Notes under the pieces: model-generated
What the model saw: only the letters and a program-made list of their open reading frames with translations
Told to the model about the DNA's origin: nothing
Databases searched by the model: none
Assembly: GCA_002371215.1 (NCBI GenBank)
Contig: DFGL01000060.1
Span: 1,254 to 65,253, forward strand
DNA length: 64,000 nt
Reading direction: 5' to 3'
From: Ruminococcaceae bacterium UBA3751
GTDB taxonomy: Bacteria; Bacillota; Clostridia; Oscillospirales; Acutalibacteraceae
Shown here: positions 55,267 through 64,000 of the stretch, piece by piece
Layout: each line of letters begins with the position of its first letter
Numbering within the stretch: position 1 is the stretch's first letter
Translations under genes and position numbers: made by a program

Positions 55267-56340
55267 TCAGAGAATAATATCAAGTATTCCGAGCGCAACC
55301 GCCGCTTCAACAACGGGAACGGCTCTCGGTACAATGCAGGGGTCGTGCCTTCCGCTCACGGTAAGCTTTGTGTTTTCCATAGTTTCAAGGTTAACGCTGT
55401 TCTGTTCTGCTGCAATTGACGGAGTCGGCTTAACCGCAACGCCGACTATAAGCGGAGCTCCGCTTGTCAGCCCGCCGAGAACACCGCCGTTATTATTTGA
55501 TTTAAGCGCTACCCTACCGTCTTTAATCTCATATTCATCGTTTACCGCTTTTGCGTTACTTTCGGCAAAGCCAAAACCCTTTCCGAACTGAACGCCTTTA
55601 ACGGCGGGAATAGCGAAAAGCAGCTGCGAAAGTCTACCCTCTACGGTATCGAACATATTACCGCCGAGCCCTGCAGAAAGACCCGTTACGGCACATTCAA
55701 TTTCGCCGCCTACGGAATTATTATCGGCGCGGTACTTTTCAATTTCCGCCCTCATTTTTTCCTCAGCCTCAGCGCTTATAACGGAAAAAGAGCTTTTATT
55801 GAGTGTATTAAGCAGCTCGGCGCTCACGTCGTTCATATCAAACTCAGCGTCTGAAACGGCGCCTATTTTCTTAATATGCGCGCCGATTGTTATTCCCTTT
55901 TCCGTAAGTATCTGTTTGGCAACGGCGCCCGCAAAAACTATCGGCGCAGTGAGTCTTCCGCTGAAATGCCCTCCGCCGCGAACGTCGTTAAAGCCGCCGT
56001 ACTTAACGTATGCAGGGTAATCGCTGTGGCTCGGGCGAGGCACCTTCATTATATTTTCATAGTCGCCGCTTTTAGTATTTGTATTTTCAATTATCATTGC
56101 AAGCGGAGCGCCCGTTGTAACGTTATTGACAACGCCCGAAAGAATATGAGGAATATCCTTTTCAAGCCGCGGAGTTGCGGTTTTATCCTTACCCGGAGCG
56201 CGGCGCGCCATATCAAGATAAATTTTATCCGTATCAAGCCTTATTCCGGCGGGCAGCCCGTCAATAACGCAGCCTATCGCTTCGCCGTGGCTTTCGCCGA
56301 AAACGGATAGCTTAATTTTATTACCCGTTACAGATGACAT
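55267..56340 (-). CDS. aroC: Chorismate synthase
   Basis: The sequence contains FGESHG, RPSHSDY, GGGHFSGRLTA and SGRHDPCIVPRAVPV. Confidence 0.93.
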   Translation of the reverse strand: MSSVTGNKIKLSVFGESHGEAIGCVIDGLPAGIRLDTDKIYLDMARRAPGKDKTATPRLEKDIPHILSGVVNNVTTGAPLAMIIENTNTKSGDYENIMKVPRPSHSDYPAYVKYGGFNDVRGGGHFSGRLTAPIVFAGAVAKQILTEKGITIGAHIKKIGAVSDAEFDMNDVSAELLNTLNKSSFSVISAEAEEKMRAEIEKYRADNNSVGGEIECAVTGLSAGLGGNMFDTVEGRLSQLLFAIPAVKGVQFGKGFGFAESNAKAVNDEYEIKDGRVALKSNNNGGVLGGLTSGAPLIVGVAVKPTPSIAAEQNSVNLETMENTKLTVSGRHDPCIVPRAVPVVEAAVALGILDIIL

Positions 56341-57526
56341 CTGCTTTTCCTCCTAATTTACGGTAGTCCCTGAAGAAATCGGGATAGGATTTATTAATAC
56401 TCAGAGCGTCCGTTATAACGCTTTTGCCCTCAGCCCTCAGCGCCGCAATGCTGAAAGCCATAACAATTCTGTGGTCATTAAAGCCGAGAAACTCCGCGCC
56501 CTTAACTCTGCCGCCCGTGATTATCAGTCCGTCGGGCGTTACGGCAACGTCAATTCCCGCTCTTTCAAGGTTTTTTGCAACGCTTTCAAGGCGGTCGGAT
56601 TCCTTATATCTCAGCCTTTCGGCGCCCGTTATAACCGTTTTACCCTTTGCAAACGCCGCAACAACGGCTATTGCGGGAACGGCGTCGGGAATATCAGTCG
56701 CATCAATTTCTATTCCGCAAAGTTCTGATTTTTTTGCGGTAATTTCATCGCCGTTTACCGTTATATCGGCGCCGAAGCGCCTTAAAACATCAACTATTTC
56801 CTTATCACCCTGAAGGGAGTTCATATTCATACCCCTGAGCGTTACGCTGCCCGTAAGCGCGCCCCCCGCAAGGAAGAACGCCGCCTGAGACCAATCGCGC
56901 TCAACGGTGTAATCGGTATATATATATTTCTGATTTCCGCGGATTTTGTAGCCGCGTTCGGTTTCGGTTATTTTAATTCCGAAGCGCGCCATAATCTCTA
57001 CGGTCATATCAACGTAGGGCTTTGACTGAAGTGCAGAGGTTAAAACAATCTCGCTGTCGCCCTCAAGCAGAGGTAGCGAAAACAGCAGCCCCGTTACGTA
57101 CTGCGAGCTTATATCTCCCGAAATGGAGTACTCACCGGCTTTCAGCTTGCCGCTGATATTTAACGGCAGTCCGCCCTTGCTCTCGCATTTTACGCCGTGC
57201 TCCGGCAAAAGACGAAGATATTCGCCGAGAGGTCTCTGCGGGAGCTTGCCCCTGCCTGTAAAGGTTATCTCCTTGCCAAGTGCCGCCGCAATCGGAATAA
57301 GAAAGCGCAGCGTTGAGCCCGATTCTCCGCAGTCTATACAGCCGCCTTTTTCAAGAGAAAGAAGCGCGTTTTGCGTTGCGCTTATATCCTGAGAAAGCTC
57401 GCCGTCAATACTTATCATTTTTCCCGAGAGGTATGAACAAATAAGCGCTCTGTGGGCGTAGGATTTTGAAAGCGGAAGCTCTATACCGCCGCAGAGAGCG
57501 GAATTTTCTAATACCACCCTGCTCAT
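56321..57526 (-). CDS. aroA: 3-phosphoshikimate 1-carboxyvinyltransferase (EPSP synthase)
   Basis: The sequence contains LPLSKSYAHRALI, GESGSTLRFL, and DHRIVMAF near the C-terminus. The start lies 1 nt after the aroB stop. Confidence 0.9.
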   Translation of the reverse strand: MSRVVLENSALCGGIELPLSKSYAHRALICSYLSGKMISIDGELSQDISATQNALLSLEKGGCIDCGESGSTLRFLIPIAAALGKEITFTGRGKLPQRPLGEYLRLLPEHGVKCESKGGLPLNISGKLKAGEYSISGDISSQYVTGLLFSLPLLEGDSEIVLTSALQSKPYVDMTVEIMARFGIKITETERGYKIRGNQKYIYTDYTVERDWSQAAFFLAGGALTGSVTLRGMNMNSLQGDKEIVDVLRRFGADITVNGDEITAKKSELCGIEIDATDIPDAVPAIAVVAAFAKGKTVITGAERLRYKESDRLESVAKNLERAGIDVAVTPDGLIITGGRVKGAEFLGFNDHRIVMAFSIAALRAEGKSVITDALSINKSYPDFFRDYRKLGGKADVICNG

Positions 57527-57527
57527 T

Positions 57528-58577
57528 TTACACCCCAAACAAATCGGCAATATCTTCGGTTTTAACCTTTTTGATATACCCCTCGCCGATACTCTTTATA
57601 AATACAAATTTTATTCCGTCCAAAACGCGCTTTTTGTCGCTGTTCATAGCGCTTATAATATCCCTAAGGGAATTTTCATCCTCTGTTGGAAGGTTATACT
57701 TTTTTAGCACTGAGGCGATTCTTTTCGCCGTTCCTTTTTCGGTCATTCCGTTATTTTCACCCGCGGTACAGATAATCACCATACCTATTCCTACAGCCTC
57801 GCCGTGGGATACGGTTTCAAAATTATGGAGTTTTTCAATTGCGTGGCCCGCAGTGTGACCGAAGTTCAGCAGCGCTCTTTCGCCCTGCTCCTTTTCATCG
57901 CGCTCAACAACTGCAGCCTTGATTTTAACGCATTCAAAAACGATATCCTCAATAATCTCCGCCGCGTTTTCATTTTCAATCCGCTCAAAAAGCGCTCTGC
58001 TTTTAATACAGCCCGTCTTAATCGCCTCAGCCATACCGTCGGCAAAATAATGGGGCTTAAGAGTTTTCAGAGCGTTTTTATCAATAAGAACGAGCCTCGG
58101 TTGATGAAATGCGCCGCAGAGATTTTTGCCCTGCGGTAAATCCACAGCGGTTTTTCCGCCGACGGAGCTGTCAACCTGGGCAAGCAGCGAGGTGGGAATT
58201 TGAACAAAATCAATTCCCCTCAGATATATTGCGGAGGCAAAACCCGCCATATCGCCGCATACTCCGCCGCCAAGCGCAACAACCAAATCGCTGCGGGTTA
58301 AACCGTTTTCGGCAAGGAATTCTACCATTTCTATAACGGTTTTCGTTGTTTTGGACTTTTCGCCCGCCTCGTACACAAAGCTTATAACCTCAAAGTCCTG
58401 TGCTTTCAACGAGGAAACGACGGTATCTCCGTAAATGGGAAACACGTTACTGTCGCTAATAACGCAAATCTTTTTTGCGCTTGTAATTTTGTTTATATAT
58501 TCACCCGCGCGGGATAAAATTCCCTCTTCAAGCAGGATTTCATATCCCTTACCCGCGTTCACAAACAGTTTTTTCAT
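57528..58577 (-). CDS. aroB: 3-dehydroquinate synthase
   Basis: The sequence contains the nucleotide-binding segment ALGGGVCGDMAGFASAIYLRGI, plus VDSSVGGKTAVD and FGHTAGHAIE. Confidence 0.92.
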   Translation of the reverse strand: MKKLFVNAGKGYEILLEEGILSRAGEYINKITSAKKICVISDSNVFPIYGDTVVSSLKAQDFEVISFVYEAGEKSKTTKTVIEMVEFLAENGLTRSDLVVALGGGVCGDMAGFASAIYLRGIDFVQIPTSLLAQVDSSVGGKTAVDLPQGKNLCGAFHQPRLVLIDKNALKTLKPHYFADGMAEAIKTGCIKSRALFERIENENAAEIIEDIVFECVKIKAAVVERDEKEQGERALLNFGHTAGHAIEKLHNFETVSHGEAVGIGMVIICTAGENNGMTEKGTAKRIASVLKKYNLPTEDENSLRDIISAMNSDKKRVLDGIKFVFIKSIGEGYIKKVKTEDIADLFGV

Positions 58578-59410
58578 CAGCCTATTTCCTCTTTAATACG
58601 GTTGCCTTCGCGCATAAGCGCTGTGAGAGCCTCGCCGTCGCCGTTTACAATGTTGTACTTAAATCTCATAAGATTAGATACAAGGTCGTCAATTTCGCGC
58701 ACGAGCGGCTCCTTGTTATCAAGGAAGAGTTCCGTCCACATCTCCGCGTTAATCCTTGCAACGCGGCTTACGTCGCGATACGAGCCCGCCGAGTAGCCCG
58801 CATGCATCGGAGCGAGCGGCGAAAGAACGTAGGAGCAAGCCAGAACGTGGGCAATCTGAGAGGTGAAGGCTATCATCTCGTCATGGTGCTCGGGGGTTGT
58901 TACAACCGTTCTTGCAAAGCCCATCTGCTGAGCGAGGCCGACGAGCGCGTCCGATTTAACGCGCGGCGTATCCTCAAAGGGGGTACAGATAAAGCTCGCG
59001 TTATCAAACAGGTTGTCAAGGCTGTTATCATAGCCGCTTACCTCACGCCCCGCCATCGGATGAGCGCCGATGAAATAAAAATCAAGGCTGTCCTTATTCT
59101 TTTCGATTTCGTTACAAATCATCGTTTTAATTCCGCAGGAATCGGAAACAATGCTGTCCTTTTTAAACAAATCCTTATGCTCAAGGATAAACGGAACAAT
59201 CGCGTCAGGATAGAAATTAACAAAGGTAATATCCGCCTTAGGAATAATCTCCTCAAGCGTTCCCGTTTTATCAATTACACCGTCGCGCAGAGCTTTCTCC
59301 GTTACGGATGGAGTTCTGTTCCAACCGAAAACGGTATGCTCTGTATTCTTTTTCAGGGTTTTGGCGAGCGAAGCGCCGATTAAACCCAAGCCGCAAATCA
59401 GTACGTTCAT
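58577..59410 (-). CDS. tyrA: Prephenate dehydrogenase
   Basis: The Rossmann motif is VLICGLGLIGASLA. The catalytic-region motif is GAHPMAG. This is the first gene of the aro operon. Its stop overlaps the aroB start (ATGA). Confidence 0.85.
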   Translation of the reverse strand: MNVLICGLGLIGASLAKTLKKNTEHTVFGWNRTPSVTEKALRDGVIDKTGTLEEIIPKADITFVNFYPDAIVPFILEHKDLFKKDSIVSDSCGIKTMICNEIEKNKDSLDFYFIGAHPMAGREVSGYDNSLDNLFDNASFICTPFEDTPRVKSDALVGLAQQMGFARTVVTTPEHHDEMIAFTSQIAHVLACSYVLSPLAPMHAGYSAGSYRDVSRVARINAEMWTELFLDNKEPLVREIDDLVSNLMRFKYNIVNGDGEALTALMREGNRIKEEIG

Positions 59411-59513
59411 AATAACACCGTATTTCTATAGTTATTCAGTATATATATTAATATATAAATTATAATAAGTCAAATTATATCAGAATTATGTAATATTTTT
59501 TTAATAGTATACA

Positions 59514-59543
59514 TAAAAAAGGCTTCGGGATAAACCCGAAGCC
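59514..59543 (-). terminator. Rho-independent terminator after the 51-aa ORF
   Basis: On the minus strand, GGCTTCGGG-TTTAT-CCCGAAGCC is followed by TTTTTT. Confidence 0.88.
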
Positions 59544-59551
59544 TGATTTAA

Positions 59552-59707
59552 TTAGTCACCGAAAACGTCGTTATCAACATTTCCGTTTGCGTTTACTGTG
59601 ATATCGTAGACATCGTCATCTAACTTATCACCGCTTGTAAAGATTGAATTGTACGGGATTGCGTACTTGTGTACGTCAATGCTCGGCGCACTATAAGATC
59701 TTTTCAT
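59552..59707 (-). CDS. Small acidic protein (51 aa), not listed in the ORF track
   Basis: The ORF encodes MKRSYSAPSIDVHKYAIPYNSIFTSGDKLDDDVYDITVNANGNVDNDVFGD. GGAGGTG lies 5 nt upstream of the ATG. The ORF starts 19 nt after the giant gene stop and is followed directly by a strong terminator. Confidence 0.55.
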   Translation of the reverse strand: MKRSYSAPSIDVHKYAIPYNSIFTSGDKLDDDVYDITVNANGNVDNDVFGD

Positions 59708-59726
59708 ATAGACACCTCCGCGTTAA

Positions 59727-62700
59727 TTACATCTTCCAAGTATCATCGCCCATTGTCTTGGAGTATACAGTCTTAGTTACGGTCTTGCCGCCCTCAGTTG
59801 TCTTGTAAGTGAGATAAGCTCTGTATCTTACTCTGAGAGTCTTGCCCTTAAGGTTGGCTGTCGGAATAGAAATATTCATGTTGCCGTAATCCTTATAGGT
59901 TGTTGACTTAAATCTGTTTGCACCAAGAGTTGTGTAGGTTGAAAGGTTGAGGTCCTCAACAGCGATTTCATCGCTGTTATGGCCAACATATGCGAGGATA
60001 CCGCACTCTACGATGCTGTCCATTCCATCCGGAGAGTAAACCTTGCCGTGCATTGTGAATTTCTCATCAGTTACTACAAGGCCCTGTCTTACGCTCGTCT
60101 TAGCTGTTGCAGTAACGAAGCCGCTATTCATAGCTTCCTCGTAAGTTGTTTCGCTCTCGTAGATAACGATTATGCAGTTGCTGTCAGGATGGAATACATA
60201 ATCGCCTTTTGCATCAACAGTGAACGGAACCTCTGTACCCTGAACGCTTGTATCGTAGTTAGCTCTTGCTTCTGACCATGTTTCAAAGTCTTCGCCTTCA
60301 ACAATTGTCATACCATAGAGCTCGCCGCCACGGCTTACGCCTGCGCCCGGAACGTTTACGTCATCGCCGTCAATGTTCATAACGCCGGGAACCGTCTTAG
60401 CCTTAACACGGGTTTCAACGATTGCGGTTTCATCAACCTTAACCTTTGAGTTGTAAAGAACGTCAAGCTCTGCCGATGCGTCACGGTCTGCATTATAAAC
60501 TGTAAGAACGAAGGTATCAGCGTCCTCATCAGCCTCATACATAGCCATGATTACTGTATCCTTAGTGATTTCAACAGCTTCGTCAGTAGCTCTCTCATAA
60601 CCTGTGAAGGTATAGAACGGATACTTCGGAACAGCAATTTCCATTGATTCGCCGTTATTGGTAAGGATAACCTTGCCGTTAGCTTCATCATAGGTGTAGG
60701 TTGCGCCTGCAGATACATACTCAACGTCGTATACGTGGTTGAGGTTATCGTTGAATACAACCTTGAAGCCCTTTTCAGCTGTACCGTCAGTGTAGTATTC
60801 GCCCCTTGTAATTGTTGTATCGCCAACTACTACAAAGTCAAAGGTTTCAACTGCGCCTGTCTTTAAAGGCTTGTGATTCTTAACAGTTCTTGACTGGTAA
60901 GTATAAGTCCATTCAACGGGCTTGCCGTCCGGCTGTGCAAGATGAATCTCTGTGCCGTAAGGCTGGTCAGCATATGTTTCAATAACGTTACCCTTTTCAT
61001 CCTTAACTGTTACGTCATAAGTAATAGTTTCAATATGAGTAAGGATAGTTGCGATCTGAGAATCAAGCTCGCTGTTCTCAACATAGTTTACGCCGATTAC
61101 AGGCTTGCTGCTGAGAGGAGCAATGTTAACAGTTGTGTAAAGTGTATTAGCGAGTGCCTGAGCTTCCTGTCTTGCTACGGTTACGTCCTTAGCGTCGGGG
61201 TCGCTCATTTCAGCGTCTACAAGAGCGATTACAGCGTCAGCCGTGTAATTATCCTGCTCTACGTTTGACTCTGTCGGCGGGATAACTGCTGTAATTGCGT
61301 CAGCCTCAGTGCTGATAGCAGCGTCGTTATCCTCGTTGTACTTAGCAACACCGTTTACAAGTGCGTGCTGAGCAGCAGCGTCGTTAGCTATCTGATAATA
61401 CTTATTAGTAGTAATCGGAGCTGCAGCGAATGCGCTGTTGATAGCGTTAAGGCTCTCGGTTGTGTACTTCTTATCATAATCTGATGTAAATACGTTGCCG
61501 AGTGCTGTCATTGCGCTGTTAATCGGAGCAAAGTTAGCCCATCTCTTAAGAGCTGCGTACTTAGCCTTGATGTTTGCAGCGAGCTGGTTGATAGCAGCCT
61601 GCTCTGTGCTGAGCGATACGCCTGAAGCCTGTTCAACAGCTTCAATATCGTCAATTGTAAGACCGAGTGCGTCAAGGTCTGCGAGGTCAAGAGCGTCGCC
61701 GTCGCTGTTATTGAATCTTGCATAACCGCGGGTACCTACTACTACGGTGTTACCGTCTGTATCGTAAGTAGGAGTAGCATAAATGCCTGCGTTTGTGCCG
61801 TCGCCGAAGATTGCAACGTCGCCTGCTTCGTAAGCAGCCTTGAAGTCATTCCATGTATTAGTTGTGTAAGTACCGTACGGGTTAGCGTCGGTTACGTCGT
61901 TATTTGTATTGTACTTAGTATAGTTTACGTTATCGTTTGCCTTAACAACGGCGCCGATATCCTTGCCTTCGTTCTGAGCCTGAGCAACAGGTCTTGTGAG
62001 TTCAATGTTTGTTGCTGCAGGGATAAGAGCCTTCCAAGCGTCGTAAAGATTCTGATATCTTGTTACGAGAGCTGAGGTAAGGTTAGCGGTTGTAAGGTCT
62101 CTGTAGCTGTTGCCGCCGCCGAAATCGTTTGAAGTAGCTGCAGCGAGCTTGTTCTTCATATTATTCCAGGAAGCCTCTGTGTAATCATTCTTATTAAGAG
62201 TGTTTACTGTTGTAACGAGGTCCTTAAGGTTAGAGATATCAATTACGGTTGTATTCTGAGTATAGGTGTTTGACGTTCTCTCATGATAGTAGCCGTTATA
62301 TACGTTCTTAAGAATTGATACGCCGGCACCGTCAGCCATCCAGTAGAATACTGTACCGAAGTAACCTGTGAAGGAATATACCGTTGATTTAGGTGTTGTA
62401 TTTCTTGTAAGAGTAACAGCAGCTTCCTCGGGAAGGCTGAGATATGCGTTACCTGCAACAAGAGTTGTTGTTTGGGGGAATGCCCAGATACCGGGAGCAG
62501 CACTCATTGTACCTTCTGTTGAAGCAATACCTGAGGTTAAGCTTCCGTCCTCGCCTGCTTTACCGAACTGGTAGCTGCCTGCGCCGTCCGAATAACCTCT
62601 TACACCTACAAAGTTTGCAACGCCGTAAGTACCGCCGTTTGTTGTTGAAACGGAGAGTTTACCGGGATACTGTGCACATTCCTCTTCAGACATTGCAACA

Positions 62701-63998
62701 GAGGGAAGCTCATTAAAGGAAACAGCGTTTGCCTTGTGAATTTCATTAGAGCCGCCTACTGTATCGTTAAGTGAAATAGAGTCAAGTACCGTTCTGTATT
62801 CAACGTCACTGCCCCAAGCAGAGGTATCAGCCTCCCAGAATGAAAGCGAAGCTGAGCCGAGGTTAAGGTTTGACTGAAGCTTTGTCGTTCTGAATACAAC
62901 CTGATTGTTGTAACGGGCAAAGTCTGTCTTCCACTTATCTTCAATCTGGTTGGGAGTAAGAACTTCCATAGCACCCATATTAATCATTGTACCGTTGTCA
63001 AGAGCAAGGAAGGTCTTTTCAAGGGCGTCAATGATATCCTGGCAGTACTGAATCATACTCTTATACTCATCAACCTTATCCTGAACGATGCCTGCTCTTA
63101 TCTGAGTATTTGCGTTCGGGATAACGGCAGCGATGAAGTTGTTGTTTACGTAGTTAACGCCTTCATCAAGAGTATCAGCGTTGATATAGTCGCCACGCGG
63201 ATAAACGTTTGTATCGCTCATATCGGAGGTGATACGGCTGAGGTTGTTCTGCGCGCCGGTTGTATCGTTATAAACAACGTTTACTCTTGTGTTAACCGCA
63301 AGAGCTTCAATATAAGGTCTTAATGCGTTCTCCTGCTGAGTAACTCTGTTCTGGTTTGTGGTTGAAGCCTTCGGAAGCGAGCCTTCGTCAGGATAGTTAA
63401 GTACTGTATAGGTTTCGCCTGTTTCCTCGTCAGTAATAGTTGACTGACCCCAGATTCTGTACTTAGCGTTTTCAACCGCGTCGTTGATATTGGTTTCAGT
63501 ACTTGAACCCTTGATACCGAATACGTCCGCATACTTAAGAGCGGTTGTAAGCTCTTCAATATACATTGTAAGAGTTTCAACGTTTACTCTTTCGGTAGCA
63601 ACAAGCTTAGCAGCAACAAGCTCGTTATAAACCTCTGTAACAGTTTTTGTTGCAGCGGGAACGTTTACTGTAACTGCGTCTTCACCTGTGCCAACCGTAA
63701 CGGTTGATGCAGAGAAGCTGTAGCTGTCGGCAAAGTTTGAATTCTGGTCAAAGATTGACTGAGCATAAGTAAACGCCTTAACGAATGCCTGGATACTCTC
63801 GTCAGTATAATTACCGGTTTTATTATTTACATTATACCATTCGCCGAGGGTGCCGCTTGTAGCGAGAACGCTGTCCATCTTTGTTGCGAGTGAGCCGTAC
63901 GGGCTGTCGTCAGCAGTAACAGCTGCATTAGTGATAGCATTAATGCGGTTGTTCATATTGGTAACAAGAGTGCTGATATTTGACTGGCCGTTCGGGTT
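59727..63998 (-). CDS. Very large secreted or surface-type protein, N-terminus beyond the window edge (at least 1423 aa in window); FIVAR-like helical motifs followed by a beta-rich C-terminal region
   Basis: The reading frame stays open upstream of the first Met (63956) to the window end. FIVAR-like segments include YTDESIQAFVKAFTYAQSIF, DYTEASWNNMKNKLAAA, TNTWNDFKAAYEAGDVAI and YTTESLNAINSAFAAA. The C-terminal 500 aa are rich in Thr/Val/Tyr beta-type sequence. No LPXTG or SLH anchor is present. Confidence 0.8.
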   Translation of the reverse strand, partial: NPNGQSNISTLVTNMNNRINAITNAAVTADDSPYGSLATKMDSVLATSGTLGEWYNVNNKTGNYTDESIQAFVKAFTYAQSIFDQNSNFADSYSFSASTVTVGTGEDAVTVNVPAATKTVTEVYNELVAAKLVATERVNVETLTMYIEELTTALKYADVFGIKGSSTETNINDAVENAKYRIWGQSTITDEETGETYTVLNYPDEGSLPKASTTNQNRVTQQENALRPYIEALAVNTRVNVVYNDTTGAQNNLSRITSDMSDTNVYPRGDYINADTLDEGVNYVNNNFIAAVIPNANTQIRAGIVQDKVDEYKSMIQYCQDIIDALEKTFLALDNGTMINMGAMEVLTPNQIEDKWKTDFARYNNQVVFRTTKLQSNLNLGSASLSFWEADTSAWGSDVEYRTVLDSISLNDTVGGSNEIHKANAVSFNELPSVAMSEEECAQYPGKLSVSTTNGGTYGVANFVGVRGYSDGAGSYQFGKAGEDGSLTSGIASTEGTMSAAPGIWAFPQTTTLVAGNAYLSLPEEAAVTLTRNTTPKSTVYSFTGYFGTVFYWMADGAGVSILKNVYNGYYHERTSNTYTQNTTVIDISNLKDLVTTVNTLNKNDYTEASWNNMKNKLAAATSNDFGGGNSYRDLTTANLTSALVTRYQNLYDAWKALIPAATNIELTRPVAQAQNEGKDIGAVVKANDNVNYTKYNTNNDVTDANPYGTYTTNTWNDFKAAYEAGDVAIFGDGTNAGIYATPTYDTDGNTVVVGTRGYARFNNSDGDALDLADLDALGLTIDDIEAVEQASGVSLSTEQAAINQLAANIKAKYAALKRWANFAPINSAMTALGNVFTSDYDKKYTTESLNAINSAFAAAPITTNKYYQIANDAAAQHALVNGVAKYNEDNDAAISTEADAITAVIPPTESNVEQDNYTADAVIALVDAEMSDPDAKDVTVARQEAQALANTLYTTVNIAPLSSKPVIGVNYVENSELDSQIATILTHIETITYDVTVKDEKGNVIETYADQPYGTEIHLAQPDGKPVEWTYTYQSRTVKNHKPLKTGAVETFDFVVVGDTTITRGEYYTDGTAEKGFKVVFNDNLNHVYDVEYVSAGATYTYDEANGKVILTNNGESMEIAVPKYPFYTFTGYERATDEAVEITKDTVIMAMYEADEDADTFVLTVYNADRDASAELDVLYNSKVKVDETAIVETRVKAKTVPGVMNIDGDDVNVPGAGVSRGGELYGMTIVEGEDFETWSEARANYDTSVQGTEVPFTVDAKGDYVFHPDSNCIIVIYESETTYEEAMNSGFVTATAKTSVRQGLVVTDEKFTMHGKVYSPDGMDSIVECGILAYVGHNSDEIAVEDLNLSTYTTLGANRFKSTTYKDYGNMNISIPTANLKGKTLRVRYRAYLTYKTTEGGKTVTKTVYSKTMGDDTWKM

Positions 63999-64000
63999 CC

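Overview
This 64-kb chromosomal window comes from a low-GC Gram-positive bacterium. GGAGG-type Shine-Dalgarno sites and Bacillus-like synteny (yggS-sepF-divIVA-ileS-lspA-rluD and miaB-ymcA-mutS-mutL-miaA) point to Clostridia. I cannot place it more precisely without a database search.

The central part (about 11.7-59.4 kb) is ordinary core genome:
- DNA repair and replication: mutS, mutL, pcrA, recG.
- tRNA and rRNA modification: miaA, miaB, ttcA-like, rluD.
- Translation, secretion and division: ileS, lspA, divIVA, sepF, yggS.
- An aromatic amino-acid operon: tyrA-aroB-aroA-aroC-pheA.
- Sugar metabolism: galK, malQ.
- A Cd/Zn-type P-type ATPase with a separate HMA metallochaperone.
- An orphan Na+-decarboxylase gamma/beta pair.
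- Two tandem GH25 muramidases.
- A GPH symporter operon.
- ymdB, an orphan family-5 solute-binding lipoprotein, and a DtxR-family regulator coupled to a GT2 glycosyltransferase.

I found no rRNA, tRNA, CRISPR array, transposase, integrase or recognisable defence or toxin-antitoxin genes.

Both window edges hold very large secreted or surface-type proteins, and two of them run off the window:
- Left edge: a protein of at least 2292 aa and a convergent 1343-aa secreted protein share an unrecognised helical module. This is the best candidate for undescribed biology here.
- Right edge: a protein of at least 1423 aa with FIVAR-like helical motifs, followed by an unannotated 51-aa acidic ORF.

Other points worth a second look:
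- A mosaic family of intergenic heptamer/box/GC-hairpin repeats at four 3'-end loci.
- Two promoters with identical leaderless geometry. One drives a decayed metallophosphoesterase remnant.
- A monocistronic 16-Cys protein whose SD lies inside the pcrA terminator hairpin.
- An ArsR/SmtB-like operator with no adjacent regulator.

All functional calls rest on motifs read by eye. No database searches were run.
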